Source: Octopus vulgaris (taxonomy: Eukaryota). Taken from it: a stretch of DNA of 64,000 nucleotides. Each line of letters starts with the position of its first letter. The first letter of the stretch is position 1. The position numbers were made by a program, and so were the translations under genes. The notes under the pieces were generated by a model. It ran no database searches, was not told the origin of the DNA, and was given only the letters and a program-made list of their open reading frames with translations. This document shows positions 26,011-40,566 of the stretch, one piece after another. Location of the stretch: positions 22,506,001 through 22,570,000 of the forward strand of contig OX597832.1 in NCBI GenBank assembly GCA_951406725.2, written 5' to 3'.

Positions 26011-26536
26011 TATGTATGTATGTATGTATTTATGTATATATGTATGTGTGTGTGTATGTATAGACATGTGGCAGTAGGTGAAACACTTCGAAACCCAACA
26101 GTATGACTGGGTGGAGGTGTTGTTTTATAGTGGCCTGTCGGGTGTTAGATAATTATGTATTACGATGCATTTTCTAAACACAAAAGAAAAAAATAAAAAC
26201 AAAGAAAAACAAACACACACAGTGTGATGTATTGATTAATGGGGTTACGGTTTCTCTAAATGGTTCTATATTTGTGCAAGGAATAGCTTTTGGAATAAGC
26301 ACTTGTAATTTAGATCTCAATCTAGAGGGAAATTAAAGAATTTAAGCATCTTCCGTGACGAAGGGGAAAGTTGAAATGAAGGCAGAAAGGAAGAAGATAA
26401 AAAAGAGAAAAAAAGGGTCTAAGGCAATAATAGTTTTACAAATATAAGACATGTAGTTTGCTTACATCGCTATGGGTCTAATGGATAGTGACTGCATGCA
26501 TGCATACATACATACATACATACATACATACATACA

Positions 26537-26570
<34 letters not shown>

Positions 26571-26577
26571 AGTATAT

Positions 26578-26760
26578 AGCTATTATATAAAATCCGTTCT
26601 GTCTGTTTGTCTGTCTTCTAGGATCTCGGGTATCCTCCATCCGATTGCAATCAAATTTGTATCAGGGCGTGTATAAGTCTTGAAAAAATTTCAAAAATCG
26701 ATTCCAGGTGAGAATGCGATCGATAAAGCCGTAGGAACGTGCATTTGAATGCGTAAGTAC
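26578..26760 (+). mobile_element. Possible 5' part of a non-autonomous Helitron-like element
   Basis: ctattatataaaa...tgtctgtttgtctgtc...ccgattgcaatcaaatttg resembles the 5' end of 40567-40961; no 3' CTAG end found. Confidence 0.35.
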
Positions 26761-27129
26761 ATCAGCTGTTGCGATCGATACTACGCGTACGCAAGGAAAA
26801 TGCACATGCAGTTTGCGCAAAAAAAGCCGGCTGGCTTGAAATAATGCCACAAAATGCAGTATATTTAAGAGACCAAAAAAGTAAGATGCAAAAGAGATAT
26901 TTTCTTCAAACTTGGCATGAAGGAAGGAAAGACTATTTCGTTTCTCATGAAGTTTTTTTCCTTTGCCTTAACTTCGTTTAACAAAACCAAAAATTTTATT
27001 GAAATGAAGGCATGCAGAATTATTTTTTAATGAAAAGAAAATACTGATTGCTTTTTATTCAGCAGATATGATTCAGCACCGTCCATTGGACGGCGGGGGG
27101 GGGGGGGCGTTTTGCCCGTATATATAAAT

Positions 27130-27219
<90 letters not shown>

Positions 27220-27429
27220 TCAAAATGAAGCATCCATCGTATTTGGAAGCACTGAAATTACAGTCATAGAAGTCATTGGAATTACAATCTGTGAACAATC
27301 TGTGCTCGCAAGGAAGAAGACCCGGACCGACGAGGGGAGTTTCTGGAGTGATATTTGGCAAGATGTGTGGAAAATGGACGCTTTCCGACAAAGATCGTTT
27401 AATTAAACTTGCTGTGACAAAGCCACAGG

Positions 27430-27720
27430 ACTTTGAAGGTATGGGGTTTTTATTTGTAGCAAGATGTGGCGCTACCATATTACTATAGCAGTAAAAGAGT
27501 CTACCTTGATGAGGTTTTGCTAAACAGTTGAATTCAACGAAGAGGTTCAGTAGAACACCTTTCACGTTCATCGGACCGGTCGGCATTTGACATCAATTTT
27601 TATAGGGGGAATACTTAGAAGATAACATTCACGGTATAAACCCGGCAACAGTTGGTGAATTGAGGGCAGACATTGAACAAAGATACGCACAAATGCCGAG
27701 CAAAATATTTCTTGAGGAAT
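27430..27720 (+). pseudogene. Degraded Tc1/mariner-superfamily transposase C-terminal half
   Basis: With frameshifts reads QDVALPYY..RVYLDEVLLNS*IQRRGSVEHLSRSSD...YLEDNIHGINPATVGELRADIEQ, matching QQDGAPPH..WIGR.G..WPPRSPDL-type transposases. Confidence 0.65.
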
Positions 27721-28127
27721 AATACAATGAGGTTGATATTTTTCGGAAGTAATGAATCATTAGCATGCCGGAAGTAATTTTAAAATAATGATTCATTACT
27801 TCCGAAAAATAATGAATCATTAGAATGCCGGGAAAAATGCTTAGCGGCATTTCGTTCGTCCCGACGTTATGAGTTCAAATTCCGTCAACTTTGCCTTTCA
27901 CACCTTTCGGAATCTTTAAAATAAGTACCTGTTGAGTACTGGAGTCGATGTAATCGACTTAATTCCTCCGCCTAAATTATTGGCCTTCTGCTAAAATTTA
28001 TAACCAATATTTTCTGCAATGGAATTACAGGCGTCAGAAATATGAATTAATTATAATCTGGAATCGAAACTGGATCTATTAATCAACTTTCTAGATATTA
28101 AGTTTCTCACCCTAAATCTTTACAATA

Positions 28128-28716
28128 TTATTCTTTTCTACTATAGGCACAAGGTTCGAAATTTTGGGGGAGGAGCCAATCGATTAGATCGATCTCAGCA
28201 CGCAACTGGTACTTAATTTATTGACCCCGAAAGGATGAAAGGCAAAGTCGACCTCGGCTGAATTTAAACTCAGAACGTAGCTGTAGACGAAATACCCATT
28301 TCTTTACTATCCACAAGGGGCTTAACACAGAGAGGACAAACAAGGACAGACAAACTGATTAAGTCGATTACATCGATCCCCAGTGCGTAACTGGTACTTA
28401 TTTAATCGACCCCGAAAGGATGAAAGGCAAAGTCGACCTCGGCGGAATTTGAACTCAGAACGTAGCGGCAGACGAAATACCTATTTCTATTTCTTTACTA
28501 CCCACAAGGGCTAAACATAGAGGGGACAAACAAGGGCAGACAAACGGATTAAGTCGATTATATTGACCCCAGTGCGTAACTGGTCCTTATTTAATCGACC
28601 CCGAAAGGATGAAAGGCAAAGTCGACCTCGACGGAATTTGAACTCAGAACGTAATGGCAGACGAAATACCGCAAAGCATTTCGCCCTGCCTGCTAACGTT
28701 TCTGCCAGCTCGCCCC
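28128..28716 (-). mobile_element. SINE-A multimer: 2 young units followed by a unit with a different, older tail
   Basis: Junctions at 28296/7 and 28481/2; terminal unit ends ...ccaaaatttcgaaccttgtgcctatagtagaaaagaat. Confidence 0.88.
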
Positions 28717-29422
28717 TTTCTCTAGAATACTATTAAATATCTAAAAGTAGTTTTGTTAACGCGGTTAAAGAGTTCAATAGTATTTACTTTATTCTTGTCG
28801 ATGGCATGATTTATGATTCTATATATATTTACGCTATGCAATCACACTATTTGATCACCGGAACACATTATATATTAACGACTGGAAAACAAATCAATCA
28901 TAAATTAGACAGAGATATTGCAAAAGAAATGCTTTCCTTTTCTATAAATGAATTTGAGATTCTGAAATATTTAACTCTTTCAAACAAGGATAGTAATTTC
29001 AGTGAAATGGGATAAGATGATTACATCGACTCCCATTCATTAACTGATACGTATTTTATAGACTGCCGAAAGGAAGAAAGGTAAAGTCAGCCTCAGTGGA
29101 ATTTGAACTCAATATGTAAAAATGGAGGAATTGCGACTACTCATTTCGTCTAGCGTGCTAACGACTCAACCAGATCGCCGACTTATAATTACTCCTATAA
29201 TATTACAGTTCTTTCTTTCTTTCGCTTTGTGATATTTTTTAAAGCGCTAGACTTAATCCGTCTCCTTGTTTAACACCACCAAGGTGTTACAAACATCCGT
29301 GCCAAGGCTCTGGTTCAAACACAACTTTCTCTCTTCTACTTTAAAGTCTGAGAATCTTTAGAAAGTGTATCAAGAGCGTGGGCTTTGTTCTTGTTTTCTT
29401 GACCAAAACTTTAAAAAGATCC

Positions 29423-29823
29423 GTGGTAAGTAGCTTGCTTACCAACCACACAGTTCCGGGTTCAGTCCCACTGCGTGACACCTTGGGCAAGTGTCTTCTA
29501 CTATAGCCTCGGGCCGACCAAAGCCTTGTGAGTGGATTTGGTAGATGGAAACTGAAAGAAGCCCGTCGTATATATATATATGTGTGTATATATGTATGTG
29601 TGTGCGTTTGTGTGTCTGTGTTTGTCTCCCCAACATCGCTTGACAACAGATGCTGGTGTGTTTACGTCCCCGTTACTTAGCGGTTCGGCAAAAGAGACCG
29701 ATAGGATAAGTACTAGGCTTACAAAGAATAAGTCCTGGGGGCGATTTGCTCGACTAAAAGGCGGTGCTCCAGCATGGCCACAGTCGAGATGACTGAAACA
29801 AGTAAAAAAGAAAGAGAAAAGAG
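29423..29823 (+). mobile_element. SINE-B
   Basis: Matches other SINE-B copies. Confidence 0.87.
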
Positions 29824-29879
29824 AAATATTTTAACCTTTTGCTATATTTGTAATGTATTTCATTGTTCAGATTGTATTT

Positions 29880-30103
29880 TATTTCTTTATTACCCACAAG
29901 GGGCTAAACACGGAGGGGACAAACAAGGACAGACAAACAGAATTATGTGGATTACATCGACTCCAGTGCGTAACTGGTACTTAATTTATCGACCCCGAAA
30001 GGATGAAAGGCAAAGTCGACCTCGGCGGAATTTGAACTCAGAACGTAACGGCGGACGAAATACCGCAAAGCATTTCGCCCAGCTTGCTAACAACTCTGCC
30101 AGC
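29880..30103 (-). mobile_element. SINE-A monomer
   Basis: Matches other SINE-A copies. Confidence 0.87.
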
Positions 30104-30123
30104 TTATTCTTATTCTTTTTCTT

Positions 30124-30496
30124 TTATTCTTTTATTTGTTTCAGTCATTTGACTGCCGCCATGCTGGAGCACCGCCTTTAGTCGAGCAACTCGACCCCGG
30201 GACTTATTCTTTGTAAGCCCAGTACTTATTCTATCGGTCTCTTTTTGCCGAACCGCTAAGTGACGGGGACGTAAACACACCAGCATCGGTTGTCAAGCAA
30301 TGCTAGGGGGACAAACACATACACACACATACATACATATATATATATACATATATACGACAGGCTTCTTTCAGTTTTCCGTCTACCAAATCCACTCACA
30401 AGGCATTGGTCGGCCCGAGGCTATAGCAGAAGACACTTGCCCAAGATGCCAGGCAGTGGGACTGAACCCGGAACCATGTGGTTGGTTAGCAAGCTA
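30124..30496 (-). mobile_element. SINE-B
   Basis: Matches other SINE-B copies. Confidence 0.87.
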
Positions 30497-30789
30497 CAGC
30501 CTTATGTTTACAAGGTATTTAACTAAATAATAAATTTGCTATTTAGATAATGTTTAGAACAAAGAAAATCCTTTGTTATGAATTTATGACTAATAAAGAT
30601 ATAAACAATTTAAAGCAGCCAAATTTGCATCAGAGTACAGGGGTTCGGATTGTGTGAGTTGCTACCAAAACGATCCTCTTATACAAACTCTAAGTTAATA
30701 CAGTTCTATATTTAAGAGATGAGGAATAATGTACATTATTTACATTATTTACATTCGACAGATATTTGTGCTCATCGTATTTTTTTGAT

Positions 30790-30835
30790 AGCACAACGTT
30801 TCAGCTGATATATCCTCCAGCCTTCATCAGGTGTC
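30790..30835 (-). ncRNA. Minimal type I hammerhead ribozyme motif
   Basis: gacac-CTGATGA-a-ggctg gaggatatat cagct-GAAA-cgTT-gtgct; palindromic AACGTT stem III. Confidence 0.7.
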
Positions 30836-30882
30836 TTGGGGAAATTTTGAACCTGGGTTCTCATTCCTAAGGTATTTTTCGA

Positions 30883-30928
<46 letters not shown>

Positions 30929-31067
30929 GTTGCTGTTGTTGTTGTTGTTGTTGTCGTTGTTATTGTTGTTATTCAGGTCATTGCTTGGAATCGAACTCGG
31001 AATCGGGCGTAGTGGTTAAGAGCGCGGGCTACTAACCCCGAGATCCGTGTTCGATTCCAAGCAGTGA

Positions 31068-31106
<39 letters not shown>

Positions 31107-31164
31107 CAACAACACCATTGAAAAATACCTTAAGAATGAGAACCCAGGTTCGAAATTTCCCCAA

Positions 31165-31210
31165 GACACCTGATGAAGGCTGGAGGGTATACCAGCCGAA
31201 ACGTTGCCAT
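31165..31210 (+). ncRNA. Minimal type I hammerhead ribozyme motif (stem I mutated)
   Basis: gacac-CTGATGA-a-ggctgg agggtata ccagcc-GAAA-cgTT-gcc. Confidence 0.65.
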
Positions 31211-31907
31211 AACAACAAACAAGATGAGGACAAACAAGATGTAACCAAGGATAGAAACTATAGCGTGATCGCTCCCTCTTTGCCACTAGATTGTTACAAG
31301 CATAAACGACTTGGTAAAATTGTATTTACATCATGTATTTGATTTTTGTCTTTGTTGGTTTTTGTTTTATACAAATTTCTGGCTTCACCGACTTCTTAAA
31401 GCAATTATTATTTTTAAGTGAAGATTTCGTTCAAGTAGTAAGATTATTATTTAATCCTTTCTTTAAAATAATGGATTACACATGCATCAGTTCGTTGAAG
31501 AAATTGATTATTATCCGGTCTATTTATTTATCACTTTAGTTATTTATCCATCTATTTATTACATTAGGTTGTATCAACGTATTCGAATATTATATTTTTC
31601 TTTATATTTGCGTTGTTTTTTAGGGAGAAATAATGCATGAGACAATAAAAACAACAATTTGTTTATCTGAAAGCATTCATAATCCGTTCTTATATACAGT
31701 TTAAAATAAAATGGATTTTTCTTAAAGAAAATATCCACATTAATAATATTGATTTCTTTTAGTTTAAACATAAAGGCTGTGTATGATATGGGAAATGTGT
31801 TTGAGTGAAGCTGGTGGTCTTTCTTCTCGAGAACATAAGCGACACAAATGAAAGGAACTGAAACGAGAACACTTTCGAGTCGTGATTAAGATTCATAAAT
31901 ATATATA

Positions 31908-32413
31908 CCGTATTTGACGGCATATAGGACGCACTTTTTTCCAAAAAATTTGGCTCAAAAAATCGCCCTGCGTCTAATATGCGAAGTCAAGACCCTCCCG
32001 TAGGCTAATCTTCTCCCAGACGCTCATTAACCTAGCTTACGATAAGTATTTCTACCTACGCTAAGAAGTGTGGCATTAGTAATGCCCTTGATGGTACAGA
32101 AGATGATGCATTATTTGAAGACAGTGATTTCAGCAGTAGTGATGAAGATGTTCCTTGTTTTGAAGATGATGAAGACTTTTCTGGTGTAGAAGATGATGAA
32201 GAGTTTTCTGGTTAAAAAGATGATTAAAGATGATTACTATTGTAGTTTGTATGCTTTCCTTTTGTATGCTTGCTTTTATACAGCAATGTTTTCTGCTTTT
32301 GTAATGTGCTGCTAGACTGCTTTCAACAATATATGCTTAAATACACTTAAAACTTTTTTTCCTGAATTTGACCTGCTGAAATGAGGGTGCGTCTAATATG
32401 CCGTCAAATACAT
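31908..32413 (+). mobile_element. Internally deleted pogo/Tigger-type DNA transposon
   Basis: TIRs ccgtatttgacggcatataggacgcac / gtgcgtctaatatgccgtcaaatac, preceded by TA; retains KKCGISNALDGTEDDALFEDSD plus an acidic tail typical of pogo transposases. Confidence 0.85.
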
Positions 32414-32499
32414 GTCCCTAAATTGTCAGAGGTGTTCCCTGGTTGTCTGGAGGTTTAGGACTCTTCTCTCTCTCTCTCTCCCTCTCTCTCTCTCTTTCT

Positions 32500-32750
32500 C
32501 TGTCGACCAATGGTTGGTCTAGGTCATGTCTAACTTAATAGCACCACCTAATAAGATTTGCTAACCCCTTTTTAAATCAAGTTTTGTGGTATCATGGCCC
32601 ATTCTTGTTGAGTGAACTGTATCCAGGTATAGGTGGCTTATCTGGTAGACCTGGCGGAAATTTATCCAGATTCCGTTTCAAGGTAATGGGATCCTTTTCC
32701 GCTTTGATCTATTTTGGGACAACGTTAAATAGAGCCGGACCTGTTTAGGA
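32500..32750 (-). mobile_element. CR1-clade LINE 3' end
   Basis: [41 protein letters not shown] resembles CR1 ORF2 C-termini; followed by 3' UTR and (GA)n. Confidence 0.7.
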
Positions 32751-32960
32751 AATAAAATTGTGCGTACAAGCATATATATGCATACAAAAATACACACATA
32801 TATGTCTCATATCTTAATTTCCCCACCATGTGTGTATGTATGTATACATACATATGCATACATACATACATACATATATATATGTATATATATATATGTA
32901 TTTATATATGTATATGTATGTGTATATATATATATATATATATACATACATACATGTATG

Positions 32961-33012
<52 letters not shown>

Positions 33013-33037
33013 TACATACATGCATACATATACATAC

Positions 33038-33117
<80 letters not shown>

Positions 33118-33479
33118 CTCTTACATTTACTGCACTTGTATGGTTAGAACGCCCTTTCGATAGTTTGTAATATGCTCGCTTATTGACGGTTTGTTTCAAT
33201 TCAACTCTTGCATCGAGCTTTTAATTTTTCTCCTGAAAAGATACATCTTAAATGCAGACCATTCTCATTCTAAGGTATTTGTATCACTTACGAGCCCTAC
33301 ATTTCCTCTTGAATAAAATATAAAAATACTGATAACAAAAAAATAATCCAATTTTCGAAGGGTAAAATTAATTCATTTCAGATGTCAAGGACCTTTGTAC
33401 AGGGTCTGTACGTATTTCTATACTACAAGTGTGTCATTATATACCGTGATATACATACAAAGCAAGAATGGCACATTTA

Positions 33480-33852
33480 TTTACACATATATGGAAAATA
33501 CGACTGGGAGTATACTGTCTGAGGATCTGGTACTGTCCTGCTACAAGAGGTCAAAAGAAGAGCTGACCAACGCCTGGTGTCTATCAACATCTGTAAGTGC
33601 CGATTGAGTTGGCTGGAACATTTCGTAAGACTGCTGGCAAACAGCCTCACCAAGTATGTCCTTAAGTATCAAAAGCAACAATACATGCCAGGGTATATTC
33701 CGAGATGAACTGGCACCCGACGACTGACAGAGATCTTCAGCTGATAAACCTACGATGGAACGATGCGCTAAAGGTTTGCCGTTGATCGATCCTGCTGGGG
33801 TACTTTGACTGGCTAAGGCATCGCCCATCGCGTGAGTACTTGAATCTGAGTC
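33480..33852 (+). mobile_element. Degraded RTE-clade LINE 3' end
   Basis: RLSWLEHFVRLLANSLTKYVL and LINLRWNDALK..DRSCWG resemble RTE post-RT C-termini. Confidence 0.5.
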
Positions 33853-33934
33853 TCAGAGTACTTAATCAACAGCGGTTCTAATACGATATGAAGCATTAAT
33901 ATCTCGTCTGATAGTCTAGTACTCTTACGTGGAA

Positions 33935-34290
33935 GGGCAGCGGACTCGCGGTCGTAGGATCGCGGTTTCGATTCCCAGACCGGGCGTTGTGAGTGTTTAT
34001 TGAGCGAAAACACCTAAAGCTCCACGAGGCTCCGGCAGGGATGGTGGTGATCCCTGCTGTACTCTTTCACCACAACTTTCTCTTACTCTTACTTCCTGTT
34101 TCCGTTGTACCTGTATTTCAAAGGGCCGGCCTTGTCACTCTCTGTGTCACGCTGAATATCCCCGAGAACTGCGTTAAGGGTACACGTTTCTGTGGAGTGC
34201 TCAGCCACTTACACGTTAATTTCACGACCAGGCTGTTTCGTTGATTCAGATCAACCGGAACCCTCGTCGTCGTAACCGACAGAGTGCTTC
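33935..34290 (+). mobile_element. SINE-C, tail type 2
   Basis: Matches 15031 and 48536 copies. Confidence 0.87.
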
Positions 34291-35809
34291 CATCCAGTAC
34301 TCCTACTCACATAGTAACCTTGCTTTTTGATATTTGTACCTTATAAGTGGGTGTTGTTATTCAATTTTTCAAACGTAGATTCATATTTTGGTGGAATCTG
34401 TTCAAAGAATGCTCTGAAAAGAACACAAGAACTCATCAATTAAACGTTCAATACACATCACTATACAGATGCATTGTATCAAAATAATTCTGTAGTGTAT
34501 CAAAACATTCGTGCACAGTGAATATATTGTAACCACCTACGAAGGAATAATTCTTATATTCCAAAGCTGATGGTCGAAATCTAATTAAGCGTAACAAAAG
34601 TTCTATTCTATGATGCCAATTTATTCTGTGGTATTTATAATCTCAACCTGATCATTCAAATCATAGATGTTGTTTACTTGAGGCAACTCCAAAGATGAGG
34701 AATATTATATAAAATGTCGTAGTTATATGAGTTTAATTGTGTTTTAAACAATACGGATATTTATGTAAAGTTTTTCAACACAACCATTTAGATATAGAAT
34801 CACCATAAGTTTGGAACAAAAACTTCTTGTGGCGTGTGTCAAAAGCAGCGTTCGATTAAATGTCTTTATAGATTAAAGTCTGAATATTTCAATTATATCA
34901 CAATAAACCGTTTTGTATTACTCTAGTAGAATTTCAACAAAGAATCTCTGTCAGACAAACCGATTGTATATATTGCATCATTGCTGCTCTCCCGCGCAAT
35001 CCGCTGGATCTAATGATCGATTATCTCTCACTGCCTCAGCTACCTGGTTGTGAATAGGTAACAATAGTAGGTGAAACTCATAACTGTGTTTCAAGAGATC
35101 ATTAGAGTGTCGGATGAAGGACTCGCAGTATATGTTTCGATACACGGAACCTCGCAGAGGTGAGCTTGTTTTACACCTTTTTGAGATCCGTAAAAGAGTA
35201 TCGAAAGTACCAACTTAGAGACATGGCTTGGCAGAAATGTAGGAGCGTCGGCCTGCATGCAGTATCTTTCAATCCTCTGCATTCCGAGTTCAAATCCGCC
35301 CTGACCTACTTGCTTAGTAGACCCATTCCATCATTAGGTTTAACAATATCAGTGGGCGACTTGAGTACATTTAGCATATTCTCCTGTGACCCAAGCATTT
35401 AGATCAGGGCTATCGTTTGAGAATGACCCATTTCCTCACTCCATCCATCCCACTAGGCTCGGAATCTCTGTTAATGGTCATTGGTACCGGAAAAAATTAA
35501 GCAATAATAATGCAACATTATCGTACGGTTCTAATGACCGTGGTTTTATAACTGTATTATCATCTACAAAGAAAAATTTCGAGTAAATATTCTTTTCTAC
35601 TTTAGGCCCACAGTTTTTGGAGAAGAACGCATATATTGACCTTAGGCGGCTGCTACTGGAATATTTGTGTGCCGTACTTGAATTAAAGCGTCGGTGAAAC
35701 TGGGTGAACCAATGCCCTTCTCATAACATTTCTTGAAAGCGAGATTCCAATGATGAAATGAGATGAAAAAGAAAGGCAATCGGTAGATCTGGCTTACAGG
35801 TGGTCAGCG

Positions 35810-36088
35810 AAGACACGTGGCTTAGTGATGAGGGTATTCAGCTCACGATCGCAAGGTCGTAAGTTCAATTCCCGACGACACGTTGTATCCTTGAGCAAGA
35901 TATCTTATTTCACGTTGCTCCAGTCCACTAAGCTGTCAAAAGTGAGTTGTACCTGTATTTCAAAGGGCCGGTGTTGTTACATTTTGTGTCATGCTTGCGT
36001 TAAGGGTACGTGAGTCTATGGAGTGCTCAACCTCTTGCACGTTAATTTCACGAGTCAGCCGTTCCGTTGATCGGATCAACTGGAACCC
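35810..36088 (+). mobile_element. Older SINE with tail type 2 and a different central segment
   Basis: tRNA-like head, ccttgagcaag core, tail tgtacctgtatttcaaagggccgg...ggatcaactggaaccc. Confidence 0.65.
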
Positions 36089-36547
36089 GCGGGCCAGTTT
36101 AGTTTACCGGTGGTCATTTAGAAGGGAAAGAAAGGCCACGAAATGAAAGCTTCGTTAGAGCTAATGCTATGCGGTATTGGTTCGGATGCTTTACGTTGTG
36201 AGTTCAAACCTTGCTGAGGTCAACTTTGCCTCAAATCCTTTCAAGGTTGATAAAGTAAAAATTAGCAGTCAAGTACTTGATTCGATGGTGTTGGTGTACC
36301 TCACTCCTTCATAATATCTGGCCTTGTGCCTTAATCAGAAACGGTTTCAGAGGAGAAGGGATTTAAAGTAACGTAATGGACAGGTACTGTTAATGACAAT
36401 CCAGGGGCCATCAGGTCTGAGATTTTGGAAATGAACGTAATAAGGCGGAAATTGTGTCAGAAGGGCTGCTTTTCATGCGAGTGGGATATTCTGAAGCAAA
36501 TTATCAAATATCAGGCTATATACAGAAAGATAGTGGGGAGACAGAAG

Positions 36548-36588
<41 letters not shown>

Positions 36589-38526
36589 ACACACACAAAT
36601 TTATTTGAGAAAAGGAGAGGGAGAGTGAAAGAGAGAGATAAAAAGAAAGAGAGAAGAAGAAGTATGAGAGAGAGAGGAGGTGAAATAGAATTAGAGAAGG
36701 ATATATGCATATAAATATATGAGAGAGAGAGAGAAAGACAGAGTATGCGGAAAGAATGACTCATCGACAGATCCAGGGACAGAAAGCGGAAAAGGGATTA
36801 AGGTTTACAGTAAGTAAATTTGGGGTACATTGCTTGAGGGTTATCTTAGGGTAATTTCTTAGTAAAAAGCCAAAATACTATTCGATTTCAAAATACTATT
36901 CATGAGTCAAAAGGTGAGATATGTTTTATTTAAACACAGAAACGTTTATACAGTTTAAAAGCTTCCATAGGCCTCGTTCACGAAGAGAGAAAACCTGGAT
37001 TCTTTATGCAAAAAGCGTTAATCCATGATAGATAAAGCTTAACGTTAAAATTGCCATTATCCTATTTGCATTTCCTAAAAGAACTCGTTTTACCTTTTAA
37101 ACCATTTCAAATTCCTCGCAGTAACGTAGAGTTTGTAGGTCTCATACAGACACATACACACACCTGCACACACACACACACATACACATATATACGTACA
37201 TATAGAAACGTAAACACACATATATGTGTATATATATATATATTTCTTTTATTTCAAACAAACAGACCACAGAACTTATTCCGTGAGAGCCAAGTACTTA
37301 TTCTATCGGATACTTTTGACGAACTGCTAAGTTACGCGGAAGTAAACATGCCAACATCGGTTAGCAAGCAATGATGAGGGAACAGGCACTGACATACAAA
37401 TACATACATACTTTTACATATATAAATATATCTATATATATATATATCTATATATATGTATATATATATATAGATATATATATACATGTCTGTGTATATA
37501 TATATATATATATATATGCTCCGTATGGCTGTCTTTGGTGACGTCCTCTACCCATATGTGCATGTATATATATATATACATATATATACATGCATTATTT
37601 ACTTTCAATTATATATATATATATGTATATGTTTGTGTATGTATTCTCTTATTCTTTTACTAGTTTCAGCCATTTGACTGCGGCTATACTGGAGTACCAA
37701 CTTGAAGGGTTTTATGTATGTATGTATGTATGTATGTATGTATGTATGTATACACACACACACACACACACAAATATGTATATATGTATGTATATATGCA
37801 TACATATATATATATATCATATAAACACACATACACATGCACATATATATATTCCAATCTCCCAATAAATCTTTCCATATCCTTCAATGTACGTAGTTGA
37901 ACGGATGAAATCGATATCATCCACTTTTCCTAAAGATACTTCAGAGATAATCCACCGTTTAAGGCTGTTAATAAGATCAAACACTTCCAGCCTCAGCCAA
38001 GGTTTTTCACATATAATCAATGCTATTAAAATATATTAATCCCCACCACTAATTCAACACCCCTATATCTCTCCCCACCTCCACCAAGCTTATTTCTCTC
38101 ACACTTATAAGGCACCCTTCATCTCTGAGTGCCATTGTGCCGTTATTTCTTTATCACATTGCTTTTTCTTATCTTTTTAGAAGTCATTCAGAATATATTT
38201 CTTATTTCTCCCTATATTTTCTTTGGATACTTGGGCTCTTCCTCTCCCCGCCTCTCACTCTCAACCCCTGCCTCTTCCCGCCTTTCTCTCTTTCCCTCCA
38301 TGCCTCTCTCTCTCTTTCCCCGACTCTCTTCCACTGTCTGTCTTTCTCCACGCTTCTGCAAAGGAGGTATTAGCTTTGTAGCTCATTTCGGTAGTATAAC
38401 AATTTACAATGATTTTAGTAATTCTCAGTCACCCTTCCTCATCTCTCTATTTTCTTTCTTTCACACACATCCTTAAACCAGTCATTTTTATCTACTATGT
38501 CTCTCTCGCTCTCTATCTCTCTGCTT

Positions 38527-39370
<844 letters not shown>

Positions 39371-40566
39371 GAAATTGTATATAATAAATTTAAACGCCAT
39401 TACTACCGTTCTTGCAATTCCCCTCTTTTAATGTGTTTATTTCACATAACTCTCCAACAAAATTCTTTGATTTTGTTAATATCTCCTAATAAAGCCAGGC
39501 ATTTATTTTCTCTTTCCTTTGTTTTGTTTCCTTCAGTCTTTTATATCTTCTTTGTATTTCGAAACATAGAATCACCGCTGCAAATCTTTTCTCTAGTACG
39601 ATAATTTCCCAAGGAGGCAGCGAAGAGTTCTTTGTTGGCTAAATGGCCAAAGTCGAAAGCTATTCCAATTACTTACAACCTGTTCCTTGAGGTGGAATTT
39701 TCCTCCCTTCATCTAAACACAGGAAGGTTTATAAGAGTTTAACTATTTTACAGTTGTTCGTTACGATAACAAGAAACCTAGTTTCTTTCTTTTTGAAGCT
39801 ATCAGCGCATGATATCTGAAGGTCAACCGGACAGAAGGTATTATCCATGTGCGATGACTGTTCAGGCATTTCAATGTTTTGAGTGGTAATATTTTCAATA
39901 AAACTTACTGGAAACAACAGTGAACAAAAACATTCAAATGGCTGATAAGGATTTCAAATACACAATAACTAACTGTAAGTTGTAGATAAACTGTAAGTTG
40001 TAGATAAACAGACTGCATTGATATTGTGATGAGCTTGTTGCTTGGAAAACATTCGTATCTTTAAGGCAATAATACTTTTGGTTCATGATAAAGCTATAAA
40101 GGTAAAGAGAATATTAAACCTTAGAAAAGAAATAATAATCACACACAATGCTCGATATATTTAAAGGACTTTGTGGTTAGTAAGAAAGAGATTTAAATCA
40201 CTGTTTCATACATACGGTAGATTTTGATAAATTGACCTGTGTATTTCATACACACGTTAGCTTTAGATTAACACACACAAGCTTTTAGTCAAACGGTGCT
40301 GAAACACATACATACACAGATTGTCGAAAATTACTGATTGGAAAATGGTTGCACGGACAAAAGAACTGATCGAAATATCAGTTAGTCGAATCAACAGTTT
40401 GATCTGATACGAACGCTTCCCACAAACTGTATTTCGTTAAAGACTCCCAAAGACAAATCTGGTTCATAACAAGGCTACAGTGACATAGATAGAGAACCAA
40501 CAATTGAGATTTAATCTTAGGAAAGCAACATTAATCACACAAACGTTAATATATTTATATATTAAA

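Larger units (their letters stand above)
30698..31235. mobile_element. Head-to-head inverted pair of tRNA-head/(AAT)n/hammerhead PLE terminal repeats
   Basis: Minus copy 30698-31004, plus copy 31005-31235; same family as 8217-9490. Confidence 0.8.

Noticed and set aside
31005-31065. Functional tRNA genes (also 8230, 14731, 18928, 62095)
   Set aside because: No intact acceptor stem; all run into repeat bodies, so they are tRNA-derived heads.
37817-38020. 67-aa ORF in non-repetitive sequence
   Set aside because: No recognisable motif or convincing splice boundaries.
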